Shown here: in pieces, positions 48,573 through 59,108 of the stretch
How positions within the stretch are numbered: the first letter of the stretch is position 1
Layout: each line of letters opens with the position of its first letter
Assembly (NCBI RefSeq): GCF_028368995.1
Contig: NZ_JAQNDL010000005.1
Location: 512,001-576,000, forward strand
Direction: 5' to 3'
Length of the DNA: 64,000 nucleotides
Source of the DNA: Nannocystis bainbridge
GTDB taxonomy: Bacteria; Myxococcota_A; Polyangia; Nannocystales; Nannocystaceae
The notes under the pieces: model-generated
Seen by the model: only the letters and a program-made list of their open reading frames with translations
Told to the model about the DNA's origin: nothing
The model's database searches: none
Position numbers and translations under genes: made by a program

Positions 48573-49109
48573 GTGACCACGACGCACACAGGGTTCGCAA
48601 TCGCCACGGAGACGATCCTGGAGACCGACTGGAGGCGCGTCGGGATGGTCGTAGCGATCGGGACAGTGGTCCCCGCGACCGTCGGCGCGCCGTTCTGGCA
48701 GGCGTTCATGGCTGATACGGGCGGCCTCCTGAACGCGTTCCAAGCGCTCGCGCGGACGCTCTTCTTTGTCATGGGGGGGCTGATCGTCGTCTGGCTCATG
48801 GTGCCCGGGGCGACCTACATCCGGCGGACCGCGATCCGCATCGATCTGTTCGAGCACGGCGTCGAGCTGCGCGACGCCGCGGGCGCGGTGCTCGGCCAGA
48901 CCGCCGACGGCAGCCTGCGGGTGACGCACGCCAACCTGCGGTCGACCAAGAGCATGCTGGGTGGTCTGCGCCTCGACCATCGCGGCGGCGCGCTGCTGAT
49001 CTCGCCGAACCCGACGCTCGCGCCGTGGCCGGGTCAAGCAGCGCAGGATGGCATGTGGCACTTCGTGTCCGGCCCGATGTACGAGGGGCTGCGGCGCCTC
49101 GCCGCGTGA
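48573..49109 (+). CDS. Hypothetical membrane protein
   Basis: Two hydrophobic segments followed by a beta-rich domain. Confidence 0.65.
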   Translation: MTTTHTGFAIATETILETDWRRVGMVVAIGTVVPATVGAPFWQAFMADTGGLLNAFQALARTLFFVMGGLIVVWLMVPGATYIRRTAIRIDLFEHGVELRDAAGAVLGQTADGSLRVTHANLRSTKSMLGGLRLDHRGGALLISPNPTLAPWPGQAAQDGMWHFVSGPMYEGLRRLAA

Positions 49110-49230
49110 GCATCAGGGCGCGTGCGTCAGCTCGAGGGTCTGCCACTCGAGGTCGAGTGCCCGGCGTGCCCGGACGCTGCGCCCCGCCGCGGGCGAGTCC
49201 GCCGCTCCACAACCGCGTGGCTGTGGGCGC

Positions 49231-49311
49231 GACGGTCAGCACGAGCGGGTGGGAAGGAGTGACTTCGTTGTCGCGGAAAGCTCCGACGACGAGGATGTGG
49301 TGGACTTCCGC
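49231..49311 (-). pseudogene. Fragment of AAA-ATPase domain from a hybrid Ser/Thr-His kinase
   Basis: HHILVVGAFRDNEVTPSHPL resembles the LLIGAYRDNEV..HPL motif. Confidence 0.55.
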
Positions 49312-49353
49312 ACGCTGCGCGCTCGAAGGCCGCCAAAAAATCGACCTCGCCTT

Positions 49354-49380
49354 TGCAACACTCGCCTGCGCGGCGGCGTG
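49354..49380 (+). promoter_or_regulatory. Putative ECF promoter (TGCAAC-N17-CGT)
   Basis: AAC/CGT bipartite motif just upstream of the ECF fusion gene. Confidence 0.4.
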
Positions 49381-49392
49381 CCGCGGTGAACG

Positions 49393-52300
49393 ATGACCCA
49401 CTCCGTAGCGACCGCCGCCCTCGCGGACATGAAGTGGCTGCAACGCCTGGCCGCCGCCCTCGCACGCGACGCCGATGACGCCGCCGACCTCGTGCAGGAC
49501 ACACTCGTGGCTGCATGGTCCCACCCGCCGGCCGACGAGCACCAGCCGCTGCGTCCGTGGCTGGCGACCGTCCTTCGCAACCGCTTCCGCATGCAGCTGC
49601 GCACCCAGGCGCGCCGCGATCGGCGTGAGCAGTCCGGCGCGTCGACCGGGGCGACCACCACCGAGCCCGACCGGGAGTTGCTGCGCATCGAGCTGCTGCG
49701 GGTGCTCCTCCACGAGCTCGAGCAGCTCGCGCCCGAGGACCGGAAGATCCTGGTTCGTCGGTTCTTCCAGGGGGAGAGCGCGGCCGAGATCGCCCACGGG
49801 CTCGCCCTGCCCGCGGCGACCGTGCGCTCGCGCCTCCACCGCTCGCTCCAGCGGCTGCGTGCTCGACTGGACGAGCAATTCGGGGGGCGTTCGGCCTGGT
49901 GTGCCCTGGTCCTGCCCGCACCTCCCGGCGCCTCGATCCGACACGCGGGCCACAGCGGCACCATGAGCATCCCCGTGAAATTCATCCTCGGGACGGGCCT
50001 CGGTATCGTCGGTGTGGCCGGCTGGCTCGCGCTCACCGGACCATCCCCGGCACCTCCCTCCGCGGGCTCTACCGCCTCGCAACCCGTCCTGCAGCCACCG
50101 GTCGAAGGACGGGCGAGCACGGCCATCGAGCCGCGCCGTGCGGCTCGTGCAGCCATCTCCGGGTTCGTGCGCGATCGAGAGGGGGGCCCGGTCCCGGCCG
50201 CGACCGTGTGCGCGGCGTCCTCGTCGGAGGCGCTCGGCGCGTCCGAGCGGCGCGCGAGACCTTGCACGATCGCCGCGGCTGACGGCTCGTACCGCCTGGA
50301 CGGCCTGCTGGCAGCGCCGCATCGGGTCACCGCCAGCGCGCCGCATTTCATCCCGCAGGCGCATCGCAGCGGCACCGGGGCCCGGGCGCGCGAGCTGGTG
50401 CTCCTGCGCTCCGGGCAGGAAGAGCACGGCATCGACATCACGCTGCTGCCCGGCGGGGTCCAGCTCGTCGGCATCGTGCGCGACCTCGGCGGCGGTGAGG
50501 TCGATGGGGCGATCCTCGAAGCGGGCGACGCAGCCGGATACTCGGGCGCGGACGGGAGGTTCTCGCTGTGGGTCCCACCGGGCGAGGTGCTTGTGACAGC
50601 GACCGCGGAGGGCTATGCGGACAGGCAAGCCTCCGGACGCGCGCCGGGATTGACGCTAGAGATCCTCATGACTCCGGAGTCGGTGTTGCTCGGCCGGGTG
50701 GTGCGTGCCGATGATGGATCGCCGGTCGCAGGCGCCGAGGTGAGCGCGCTCGACGGCGGCTGGGGTCGCAAGGGGCCGTCGTTCACCGACGCGTCCGGGA
50801 ACTTCAGGATCGACGCGCTGCGACCCGGAGCCTACAAGGCGCGGGCGCTGCATGACGATGGTTATGGGGCCGGCGAGGCGCTGGTGGTGCTCGGCCTCGG
50901 TGAAACATCCGCGCCGGTCGAGGTTCGCATGCACCCGGCTTTCCTGGTCGAAGGGACAGTCGTGATCACTGGCGGAGGCAATTGCGATCGCGGCTCGGTC
51001 ATCCTCTCGGACCCCCACGGCCAGCGTCACTCGCCTATCGCCCCCGACGGCCGGGTGCGGGTCCCCGGGCTGTTGCCCGGGAGTTACGAGGTGGATGTCA
51101 GGTGCGAAGGGTTCGCATCGGCGCCGAGCTACCCGCCTCTGACGATCGCCGACCGCAGCCTCCGCGAGCTGCGGTGGGAGGTCCGACCGGGCCAGACGAT
51201 CCGCGGCACGGTCGTCACCACCACCCGTGGACCCTTCACTGCGATGACGGTGACGGCGAGCCCGCAAGCCGACCCGAGCCGCGCGAACGCGCAGTCGACC
51301 AGCGGACGCGCGCAGGCTGACAGCGCCGGACGATTCGAAGTCACGGGCCTGCTGCCGGGGCGCTATTCCATGCGCGTGTACGGCGGAGATCCACCGCAGC
51401 TCCTCGCGGGGCCCGAGGTCGAGGTTCGTGAGGGGCATGACCTCGACGACATCCGCATCGAGCTCCCCGCGGCCGGTGAGGTCCGCGGCGAGGTCCGCGA
51501 CTTCCACGGCCGAGCCATCCCCGGTGCGCGCGTCTTGCTGCGCGGACCGACCCACGCGCAGACGACCAGCCTCGATGACGGGAGCTTCCGTCTCTCCGGC
51601 ATCGCCCCCGGCGCGTACCAGGCGAGCGTGAACAAGAGCTACCAGCCGCTGCGCATGCACGGCGCAAACGACGGCGAGCAGCCGCGCGTGGCGGTCGAAG
51701 CCGGCGAGACCGCGGTCCTCGACCTCGTCGTCGAGGCCCCGGACGGGCGGATCTCCGGACGGGTCGTGGATGGCGACGCGGCAGCGCTCGACGACGTCTT
51801 CGTCGAGGTCTTGCGCGAGCCCGAGAGCGGCCCGCCCGGGGCCGCCTTGCGCGACATGCGGTGGAGCATGGACCGCGGCCTGCGGCCGCGCATGACCGAC
51901 AGCGAGGGGAGATTCGAGTTCGGCGAGCTGCCTGAAGGGACCTATGCGCTCGTGGCCCACCGGCGCGGCGGCGGCGAGGGAGTGCTCGAGCGCGTGGCGC
52001 TGGGCAGCGAGGTCATCGTCAAGATCGCCGCGCCGGGCTCGCTGGTCGGGCGGGTGCGCTTGCCCGGCGGCGGCGGGCCGGAGCGATTCTCGGTGGAGCT
52101 CCGCGATGTCGCGTCCGGCTACCAGGTGCGCGACAGCTTCTTCCGCACCGACGGGACGTTCGCGTTCCCGCAGGTGCCCGCGGGCGACTTCGTGGTCGCA
52201 GTCGAGGCGCCCGAGGGCGCGGGCAAGGCCGAGGTCACGCTGGCGACGGGCCAGCGCGCGCAGGTCGAGGTCGCGCTGGCGGGACGCGTGACCGTCCGCG

Positions 52301-52878
52301 GCCGCGTGCTCGACCTCGACACCGGCGCCCCGGTCCCGGGGATGCGCGTGAAGTTCGGCGCGGAGGGGAGAGAGGCGTTCATCAGCTCGGCCGACCACGT
52401 CGACGAGCGCTCCGTGACCGACGCGGAGGGCCGGTTCGAAGTCGCCGACGTGCCTGTCGGCCAGGCGACGGTGATCGTGACTGCCAGGAGCTTCGGAGCG
52501 ACGAGCGACCACGAGACCCTCTGGTCGCGCGCGCAGATCTCGAGCGGCAGCGTGGTCGAACTGGCGCCGCTCGAGGTGCTGCGACGCCGGCTTCAACCCG
52601 ATGACGAGGCCGGTGAGCTCGGAGTGACGATGCTTCGAGACGACCCAGCGGCGGGAGCGAAGGCGGCCCGGCCGACCGTCGCATTCGTGCAGCCTGGCGG
52701 CCCGGCGGCGCGCGCCGGCCTGCGGATCGGCGACGTGATCGTCGCCGTCGACGGCCATGACGTCACCGGCGACCACGTGCATCGCTTCGACGCCCTGACG
52801 CGAGTACCCGCGGGCACCGAGCTCCGCCTCGAGCTCGCGCGAGGAGACAGCGTCACGCTGATCGCCGCACGACGATGA
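49393..52878 (+). CDS. ECF sigma factor fused to TM helix, multiple carboxypeptidase-regulatory-like repeats and C-terminal PDZ
   Basis: DLVQDT..WLATVLRN, TVRSRLHR; repeated GRV..TDxxGxF; GGPAARAGLRIGDVIVAVDG. Confidence 0.9.
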   Translation: MTHSVATAALADMKWLQRLAAALARDADDAADLVQDTLVAAWSHPPADEHQPLRPWLATVLRNRFRMQLRTQARRDRREQSGASTGATTTEPDRELLRIELLRVLLHELEQLAPEDRKILVRRFFQGESAAEIAHGLALPAATVRSRLHRSLQRLRARLDEQFGGRSAWCALVLPAPPGASIRHAGHSGTMSIPVKFILGTGLGIVGVAGWLALTGPSPAPPSAGSTASQPVLQPPVEGRASTAIEPRRAARAAISGFVRDREGGPVPAATVCAASSSEALGASERRARPCTIAAADGSYRLDGLLAAPHRVTASAPHFIPQAHRSGTGARARELVLLRSGQEEHGIDITLLPGGVQLVGIVRDLGGGEVDGAILEAGDAAGYSGADGRFSLWVPPGEVLVTATAEGYADRQASGRAPGLTLEILMTPESVLLGRVVRADDGSPVAGAEVSALDGGWGRKGPSFTDASGNFRIDALRPGAYKARALHDDGYGAGEALVVLGLGETSAPVEVRMHPAFLVEGTVVITGGGNCDRGSVILSDPHGQRHSPIAPDGRVRVPGLLPGSYEVDVRCEGFASAPSYPPLTIADRSLRELRWEVRPGQTIRGTVVTTTRGPFTAMTVTASPQADPSRANAQSTSGRAQADSAGRFEVTGLLPGRYSMRVYGGDPPQLLAGPEVEVREGHDLDDIRIELPAAGEVRGEVRDFHGRAIPGARVLLRGPTHAQTTSLDDGSFRLSGIAPGAYQASVNKSYQPLRMHGANDGEQPRVAVEAGETAVLDLVVEAPDGRISGRVVDGDAAALDDVFVEVLREPESGPPGAALRDMRWSMDRGLRPRMTDSEGRFEFGELPEGTYALVAHRRGGGEGVLERVALGSEVIVKIAAPGSLVGRVRLPGGGGPERFSVELRDVASGYQVRDSFFRTDGTFAFPQVPAGDFVVAVEAPEGAGKAEVTLATGQRAQVEVALAGRVTVRGRVLDLDTGAPVPGMRVKFGAEGREAFISSADHVDERSVTDAEGRFEVADVPVGQATVIVTARSFGATSDHETLWSRAQISSGSVVELAPLEVLRRRLQPDDEAGELGVTMLRDDPAAGAKAARPTVAFVQPGGPAARAGLRIGDVIVAVDGHDVTGDHVHRFDALTRVPAGTELRLELARGDSVTLIAARR

Positions 52879-52903
52879 ATCGCCGGACCGACGCGACGCG
52901 TGA

Positions 52904-53584
52904 TCACCGGCCTCTCGCCGACGCCTTCGACTCTCCCTTCTCGAGCGCGAGCATCGTGACGCTGCGGCGCGTCTTCAGGCGGGCGTGGGCCCGCAGCGCC
53001 ATGCCCGGGTGCCAGCGGTAGGCGGCGTGCAGCAGCGCCGAGTACGGGTGGACGAGCACCAGGAGACCTCCGGGCGCCAGCACGCGCATCACCTCGCGTC
53101 GCAGCGCCCGGCCGTAGCGCGAGAACGGGAACGGGGCGAGGTAGTACAGCAGCTCCGAGATCACGATCGCGTCGTACTCGCCGCTCCGCAGCCCGCGCAG
53201 CACCGTCAGCGCGTCGCCGACGTGGTCCTCGCCAGCGACCTCGACCCGCGCCCGCGCCCGCTCGACCGCCGCCGCCGAGATGTCGACCAGGCTGATCCGC
53301 TCCCCGTGGGCCCGCAGATGCCGCGCCAAAAAGCCCTCGCCGCAGCCGACGTCGAGCAAATGACGCGCACGCCGCCCCTGCAGCCCGTAGGCGGCCATCG
53401 CCCGCTTGAGCTCGTCGTAGCGGCTGGCCGCGTACCCCCACGGATCGACGCGCTCGTACTTGGCGTCGAAGAACGCCTGGCCGAAGCCGCTCTCGTTCCA
53501 TAGCTGTCGCAGGTAGTGCCCGAAATCGCGGAGGTCGCCGAGGTAGACGCCGAGGAAGGTCTTGCGAGGTTGCTTCGCGGTCAT
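52904..53584 (-). CDS. SAM-dependent methyltransferase (NodS-like)
   Basis: DPWGY..RYDELKR, LDVGCGEG, YDAIVISELLYYL. Confidence 0.85.
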   Translation of the reverse strand: MTAKQPRKTFLGVYLGDLRDFGHYLRQLWNESGFGQAFFDAKYERVDPWGYAASRYDELKRAMAAYGLQGRRARHLLDVGCGEGFLARHLRAHGERISLVDISAAAVERARARVEVAGEDHVGDALTVLRGLRSGEYDAIVISELLYYLAPFPFSRYGRALRREVMRVLAPGGLLVLVHPYSALLHAAYRWHPGMALRAHARLKTRRSVTMLALEKGESKASARGR

Positions 53585-53760
53585 CGTGCGGGGAACCTGT
53601 AAAGTGGGAGCTCGGGGGTGGATGGCAGGAAAACGCCGAGAGGTCCGCGGATGATAGGCCGAGGCGACGACCGCCGCACGGGACTCGCCTCTGGTGTTCA
53701 GGCCTCAGGCGACGCGAGGGCGTCGGAGATCGAAGCAGCGGCGGTGTCGAAGCGGAGACC

Positions 53761-54483
53761 ATGCGCCAGGCTCTGCCGCTCCGCGTCCGCGCGATGACAC
53801 CGCTCGTCTGGCTCCTGGGCGCCGCCTGCCCGCCGAATGGCACCACGACCGCGACCGAGGGCCCGGGCCCGGGCCCGACGACCGGCGATTCCGGAACGAC
53901 GGCGAACCATTCGGGTGCGAGCATGGGTGGCCCCACGGGCGACCCGCCGGACACCACGGGTGACTCGGACGGCACCTGCGAGCCGACCGCTGGCGAGCCG
54001 GTCTGCAGCGCCATCCCGGTGACTCCGGGCGGCGACCTCGGGTGCGGCGGCGAGGAGCTCACGATCTCCGGCTGCGATCAGCTCGCCGGCTACGAGCTCT
54101 GCCCCAACCTCGCGGTCCACCGCCACACCGCCAGTATCCCGTGCGACGACAGCCAGCTCTGCGATCCCCGGTTCTCCTGTAGCACCGACGAGGAGTGCGG
54201 CCCCGGCGAGGCCTGCGTCTGCGACGTCACCTGGGGCGAAGACCACCCCACCCCGGGGCCATTCTCACGATACACCTCATGCGTATCGGCGCAGTGCCGT
54301 ACGGACGCGGATTGCGCCTTTGGCATGCGCTGCGGGGTCGATACCCATTGTCGTGATGTCCAGGGGCTCTACTGTCACACCCCGGAGGACGGCTGCGAGG
54401 GCGACGCCGACTGCCCGGAGCGCTGCGGCTATTCGCCCGAGGAGAAGCGGTGGTTCTGCATGGGACACGTGTTCTGTGAGTGA
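53761..54483 (+). CDS. Cys-rich secreted/lipoprotein
   Basis: GAAC lipobox-like, Thr/Gly linker, CSTDEEC/CRTDADC repeats. Confidence 0.75.
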   Translation: MRQALPLRVRAMTPLVWLLGAACPPNGTTTATEGPGPGPTTGDSGTTANHSGASMGGPTGDPPDTTGDSDGTCEPTAGEPVCSAIPVTPGGDLGCGGEELTISGCDQLAGYELCPNLAVHRHTASIPCDDSQLCDPRFSCSTDEECGPGEACVCDVTWGEDHPTPGPFSRYTSCVSAQCRTDADCAFGMRCGVDTHCRDVQGLYCHTPEDGCEGDADCPERCGYSPEEKRWFCMGHVFCE

Positions 54484-54493
54484 GGGGGAGAGC

Positions 54494-55270
54494 ATGAAGG
54501 GGCGAGCCATCGACCGAAGTCGCCATCGTCAGGCCGCCACGAGCTCGCCGCGCGCCTGGTCCGTGTTCGTCAGCGCGGCCCTCGCAGGCGCGTGCCAGCA
54601 ACCGAGCGGCGTCCCGGAGACCACGGCGAGCGCCGCAACGACGACCACCGGCGCCGCGCAGACGACCGCGAACGCGTCCACCACCACGGGCGGGTCGACC
54701 GGGGCCAGCGCAACGACGACGCACGGGGGAGGCTCGAGCTCGGAGACCGAGGGCGAGTGCCCGATCCTCGAGGACCCCACGACCGGAGCGATCAACCCGC
54801 AGGTCGTCGAGGAGTGCGACGCCCTCTGCGCTCACTATCAAGAGTGCGGCTTCAAGGAGCACGCGCTCTGTCAAATGGGGTGTGTGGCCAAATTCGGGCT
54901 CGACCATCAGGACTGCTTCGAGGCGAGGAGCGCGGCGCGAAAGTGCCTGATGGCGCTGGCCTGCGAGGAGCTGGGCGAGTACCTCCAATTCAACGAGGGA
55001 GGCTCCTGCGCCCAGCTGCTCGAGGACGAGCATCAGGCGTGCACGTGTCAGACGCAGTCGGGCATGCACAGCGGGGGCGACGCGTGCACCTACAGGCTCG
55101 ACTGCCCGTATGTGCCGCTTCGCAGGATGGTCTGCGGCCAGGGCACCTGCGAGTGCTACGTCGGCGATGACGTGGTAAAGACCTGCCCGCAGGGCGACAC
55201 CTGCCAGGACTGGCTCGACCTGTGGGACAAGGCCGAGTCGTGCTGCTGTATGGTCCTCGGACCGAAGTAG
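54494..55270 (+). CDS. Cys-rich lipoprotein
   Basis: AGAC lipobox, Thr linker, CDALC..C helical Cys domain; RBS gggggag. Confidence 0.75.
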   Translation: MKGRAIDRSRHRQAATSSPRAWSVFVSAALAGACQQPSGVPETTASAATTTTGAAQTTANASTTTGGSTGASATTTHGGGSSSETEGECPILEDPTTGAINPQVVEECDALCAHYQECGFKEHALCQMGCVAKFGLDHQDCFEARSAARKCLMALACEELGEYLQFNEGGSCAQLLEDEHQACTCQTQSGMHSGGDACTYRLDCPYVPLRRMVCGQGTCECYVGDDVVKTCPQGDTCQDWLDLWDKAESCCCMVLGPK

Positions 55271-55372
55271 CCGCGAAGATCGACCGGCTCACGGCGACGG
55301 CCCCTATGACGCCTCGCTCGTGCGCGTCCTGTTCACGGATGCGATGAAACGACCTCGGCCGCTCCGGCCGGC

Positions 55373-56722
55373 TCAGCGCGCCGGGAACAGCAGGCCGACC
55401 GCAGACCACGCGAGCACGAGGCCCGGCACCGCGAACACTGCGAAGCCGATCACGCGGAACAGCAGCTCGGCCTGGAACATGCCGACCGCGTCGTCGATGG
55501 TGGTGGCCTGGCGCTCCTGGCGGATCGGCGTGCGCGGCGTGGCGACGGCGACGATGTTGCTGGCGCGGCAATAGGCGCAGCCGACGACCAATCCGTCGTC
55601 GGCGGCCGCGAGCGGGGCCCCGCACACCCGGCAGCGCAGCGGACTGCCGGCGCGGTCCGGCGGGGTGGCGGCGAAATCGAGGGTCAGCACGCGCACGGCC
55701 CGGCGACGACAGGTGTAGAGCCCGGCGGCGATCGGCAGGGAGATCCCAAGCAGCAGCGGCGGCGCGAAAAGACCGACGAACGCGGCCCCGTCGAGCGCAT
55801 CACGCCACAACAGCGCGCTGAAGATCGCCAGCGCGAGCAGCCACAGCAGCACCGGCAGTCCCGCGAGACCCAGCACCAGCGCCTGCGTCCACCCGGCGCG
55901 CGGCTGGGCGAGCAGGCGTCGCAATCTCCGGTGGTTGCGGGCGGCCAGCGCCGCCCCTCGCGAGACCTCGCGCAGGCGCGTGCGCAGCAGCTCGGGCATC
56001 GCACAGGCCGCGCCGCAGTGGCGGCACTGCACCGCCGGTGCATCGGCGGGGGCGACCGCCGCCCCGCAACCCGGGCAGCCCACGACATCGGGCGCGTCGG
56101 CAGGCCGCGGCTCCGGCGGCCTCAGAGCGGCGGGCTTCGGCTGCTCGCGCTCCATCGCTTCTGGTCTGTGCTGCTTCCTGCGCTTCTTCCCGCGCCCGCG
56201 CGCCTCGGTGAGCGCGTTCGGGTCGAACTCGGCGACCACGCCGTCGGGCAGCGGATCGAGTCCGTTGTACGCGCGCAATACGTCGAGCACCGCCGTGAAG
56301 CTCGCCAGCTCGTCGCCGCGGGCGAGCACGACGGAGCCGCCGTCACGGCTGGCGATCACGAGGCGGCGCATGAAGATGCCGTCGTCTTGGACGACGGCGC
56401 AGCGGGCCGGGTCGACGTCGGCCCACGCGAGGCGTACGCCGTCGGCCGCGCCACCGACCACGCGCAGGCCCTCCCGCGCGATGTACACGTCGGCGGGCCG
56501 CTGGGCCCACGCGTGGGCCGGGAAGCTCCACCACGCGGCGGCGAGGAACGACCCGACCAGCAGCACCAGCACCGCGACGATCCAGTGACCGGTGGCGAGC
56601 AAGGGGATCGCCGCAAGAGTTACCGTGCACGCCGCCGTCCACACACCGACGAACCCGAGGTCCTCGGCGAAGCCGTCGCCGGTGAACAGCGGGATGCGGA
56701 TCGGCGGCTCCTCGAGCGACAT
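55373..56722 (-). CDS. Membrane protein with zinc-ribbon motifs
   Basis: TM segments; CPGCG..CRHCG and CRVCG..CAYC pairs. Confidence 0.75.
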   Translation of the reverse strand: MSLEEPPIRIPLFTGDGFAEDLGFVGVWTAACTVTLAAIPLLATGHWIVAVLVLLVGSFLAAAWWSFPAHAWAQRPADVYIAREGLRVVGGAADGVRLAWADVDPARCAVVQDDGIFMRRLVIASRDGGSVVLARGDELASFTAVLDVLRAYNGLDPLPDGVVAEFDPNALTEARGRGKKRRKQHRPEAMEREQPKPAALRPPEPRPADAPDVVGCPGCGAAVAPADAPAVQCRHCGAACAMPELLRTRLREVSRGAALAARNHRRLRRLLAQPRAGWTQALVLGLAGLPVLLWLLALAIFSALLWRDALDGAAFVGLFAPPLLLGISLPIAAGLYTCRRRAVRVLTLDFAATPPDRAGSPLRCRVCGAPLAAADDGLVVGCAYCRASNIVAVATPRTPIRQERQATTIDDAVGMFQAELLFRVIGFAVFAVPGLVLAWSAVGLLFPAR

Positions 56723-56922
56723 GACGCCAGTGTAGCGGCCTTCCGCGCGCGGTCGGGGCTCCTACGTCGCGGCGCCGGGCGAGGACGCGCCGCGGCTTCC
56801 CTGCCCTCCGTCACGCCGACCGGCTGCCCCATCACCCGGTACCTCGGCGTCTTCGCCAGCCGCCATCACCACACCTCGTTCGCCCGCGCGGGCCGGCGAC
56901 CGAGGCGGCTCTCGCTCGGAGC

Positions 56923-57465
56923 TCAGAAGCTGAAGCCGGTCGTCGGGTCGTAGGTGACGCCGTCACCCGCGACGGACCGCAGGAACCACGTCAGCATCGC
57001 GTCGAAGCTCGGATGCTCGTCGCGCACGAGGCCCTCGCGTCGCGTCCAGGAGCGCACTGCGCCGTCCGTGCAGAGCGCGTGGTAGCGGCCGAGGCATGCG
57101 TCGGGTGGATCGTAGGTCGACGCGATCGGCAGCGCGCCCTTCGGCCACGACGGTGTCGCGTCGAGGGTGGCGCGCTCGCGCAGCACCACGCGCGCCGGCA
57201 GGAACTGCAACTCACCGAAGTACGGGAAGCTGGTCTCGATCGTGTCCGCTCCGCCGAAGGCGCGCAAAAATTCGAGGTAGCCGGCCGGCGCGTGGCTCGT
57301 GGCGATGGCGTCGAGGTCGGCGGCGGTCACCGGTCGCGGCGCGAACCAGCGGCCGCGCTCACGCCCGATCCGCGCCATCGCGGGCGGGAGGAGTGCGGCC
57401 CACGGAGCGTGGAGGTCCTGCGGCACCGCGGGGGGCTTCGGGGTCGTTCGCTTGCGAGCAGCCAC
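56923..57465 (-). CDS. SMI1/KNR4-like protein
   Basis: PAGYLEFLRAFGG, LPIA, SFDAMLTWF. Confidence 0.65.
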   Translation of the reverse strand: MAARKRTTPKPPAVPQDLHAPWAALLPPAMARIGRERGRWFAPRPVTAADLDAIATSHAPAGYLEFLRAFGGADTIETSFPYFGELQFLPARVVLRERATLDATPSWPKGALPIASTYDPPDACLGRYHALCTDGAVRSWTRREGLVRDEHPSFDAMLTWFLRSVAGDGVTYDPTTGFSF

Positions 57466-57526
57466 GCGTCGAGTGTACTGCGCGGAGACGTTCCGCGGAG
57501 ACGCGCCTCTGAGGGAAGCGCGGGGT

Positions 57527-58390
57527 CTATTGCGGCAAATAGAACCCCGGCGCGTCCGCGGGGAGATCGAGGGACTCGGGCTGCTTCATGAGCTGCGGGT
57601 TCTTCTTCAAGCCGGTCATCTCGTGCAACGTCGGCTCGATCGTCGTGTCGGTGCCGTAGCCGCCCTCGGGCCTTCGGTCAGGGCGGAAATCGAGGCGTAT
57701 CCCGTCGCTCCCTGGCAGATCGATCCGCACGGAGCGCCCACCGTAGCCTGGCCCCATGGGCTCCGAGGTGAAGGTCGTCGCGCTCTTCGTCACGACGGCG
57801 CCCTTCTCCAGCTTCCGCGTGCGGATCTCGAGCGAGCCGCTGGTGGCCTCGCGCGGGTCCACCCCGAAATCGAGGAGGATCTCGTGGCCATGGCGCACGA
57901 GGTACAGGTCGTGGTGGTCCATCTCGGCGACGGCATCCAGGGAGAGCTGATCCAGGGGTGTCCCGCCCGGCGGGTCGTTGACCTGCGTGCTCAACACCCA
58001 CACCGTCTGATCGCACACGAGGACCTCGCCGCAGATCTGGCAGTCCTTCTCGATCTTCTTCGGCGCTGCTTCCTTACCGGTGGCCTCCTCCAAGACGTCG
58101 TAGGTCAGCGCGACCTTGCCGTCGCGCGCCTCGAGCTGGAGATCGTTGCTGCGCCGCCACAGCATCGGCGGACCATGCATCGAGCCGCGGCCGCCGTCGC
58201 GACGCGCCCAGTGCTTGCCCACGACCGCCTTGCGGATCTCGTCTCCCCCGAGGCGCTCGCGCGGGTAGAGGGTGGCGACGGCAGCACAGGCCTCCACCGC
58301 GGCTTCCTCGGCCCCGGGGCCTGGCGACGTGGGCGAGCACCCGGCGACGAGGTTCCATACGACGGTGGTGAGCACGACGACGCGGCGCAT
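57527..58390 (-). CDS. Hypothetical lipoprotein
   Basis: MRRVVVLTTVVWNLVAGC lipobox. Confidence 0.65.
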   Translation of the reverse strand: MRRVVVLTTVVWNLVAGCSPTSPGPGAEEAAVEACAAVATLYPRERLGGDEIRKAVVGKHWARRDGGRGSMHGPPMLWRRSNDLQLEARDGKVALTYDVLEEATGKEAAPKKIEKDCQICGEVLVCDQTVWVLSTQVNDPPGGTPLDQLSLDAVAEMDHHDLYLVRHGHEILLDFGVDPREATSGSLEIRTRKLEKGAVVTKSATTFTSEPMGPGYGGRSVRIDLPGSDGIRLDFRPDRRPEGGYGTDTTIEPTLHEMTGLKKNPQLMKQPESLDLPADAPGFYLPQ

Positions 58391-58576
58391 GAGCGCACGA
58401 TACCAGACCCAGGCCGCGATCCGGCCCGCGACGAATCGCAAGAGTGCGCGGACGCATCGCCGGCGAAGCGAGGACGCCGAGCGGAATCTCGGCGGACCAC
58501 GGGCGCGGCTCCGTGCTGCAGAGGCGCGACGAACTGCCCCCTGGACCCTCCGCCGGCCACTCCCTACACTCGACCG

Positions 58577-58972
58577 ATGCGGGACGCCCTCTCTCTGTCG
58601 CTGCTGCTCGCCTGCAACTCCGCCGCGCCGCCGTCGCCCGGCTCCGCCCCTGCCGCCTCGGCAGGCGCCGACGGTGCTGCAGCGCCGGCCGGGCCGATCG
58701 AGCTGACCGCGATCGCGCAGCAGCCGAGCCGCCTGCCCGATGGTACGGAGCTCGAGGTCGTCTCCGCCGGCTACGCGCACACCAAAGACGACCGCAACCT
58801 TTCGGACTGCAGGCTCGAGGTCCGCCGCGCGGGGCAACGCGAGACGCTGTCGCTCGAGCGCGTCGACGCCCCCGCGCCGCAAGTCGCGCTCGGGTGGCGC
58901 TTCACGCTCGATTCGGTCGCCGCGTACAACCCACCTGCAAAGTGCTTTCTGACGGCCGAGCGCGCCCCCTGA
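58577..58972 (+). CDS. Small hypothetical lipoprotein
   Basis: MRDALSLSLLLAC lipobox, Ala/Pro linker. Confidence 0.65.
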   Translation: MRDALSLSLLLACNSAAPPSPGSAPAASAGADGAAAPAGPIELTAIAQQPSRLPDGTELEVVSAGYAHTKDDRNLSDCRLEVRRAGQRETLSLERVDAPAPQVALGWRFTLDSVAAYNPPAKCFLTAERAP

Positions 58973-59108
58973 CGATCCCGGCCGGTCGGCGGCCACGCGT
59001 GCGTGACGAGCGTCGCCCGGGCTTCGCTGTCGACATCACCCGACGCCGAAGAGCAGCGCCCGCATGCGCGTCAAGGACTCCCAGCGGGCGCCAATCATGT
59101 CACCCAAC

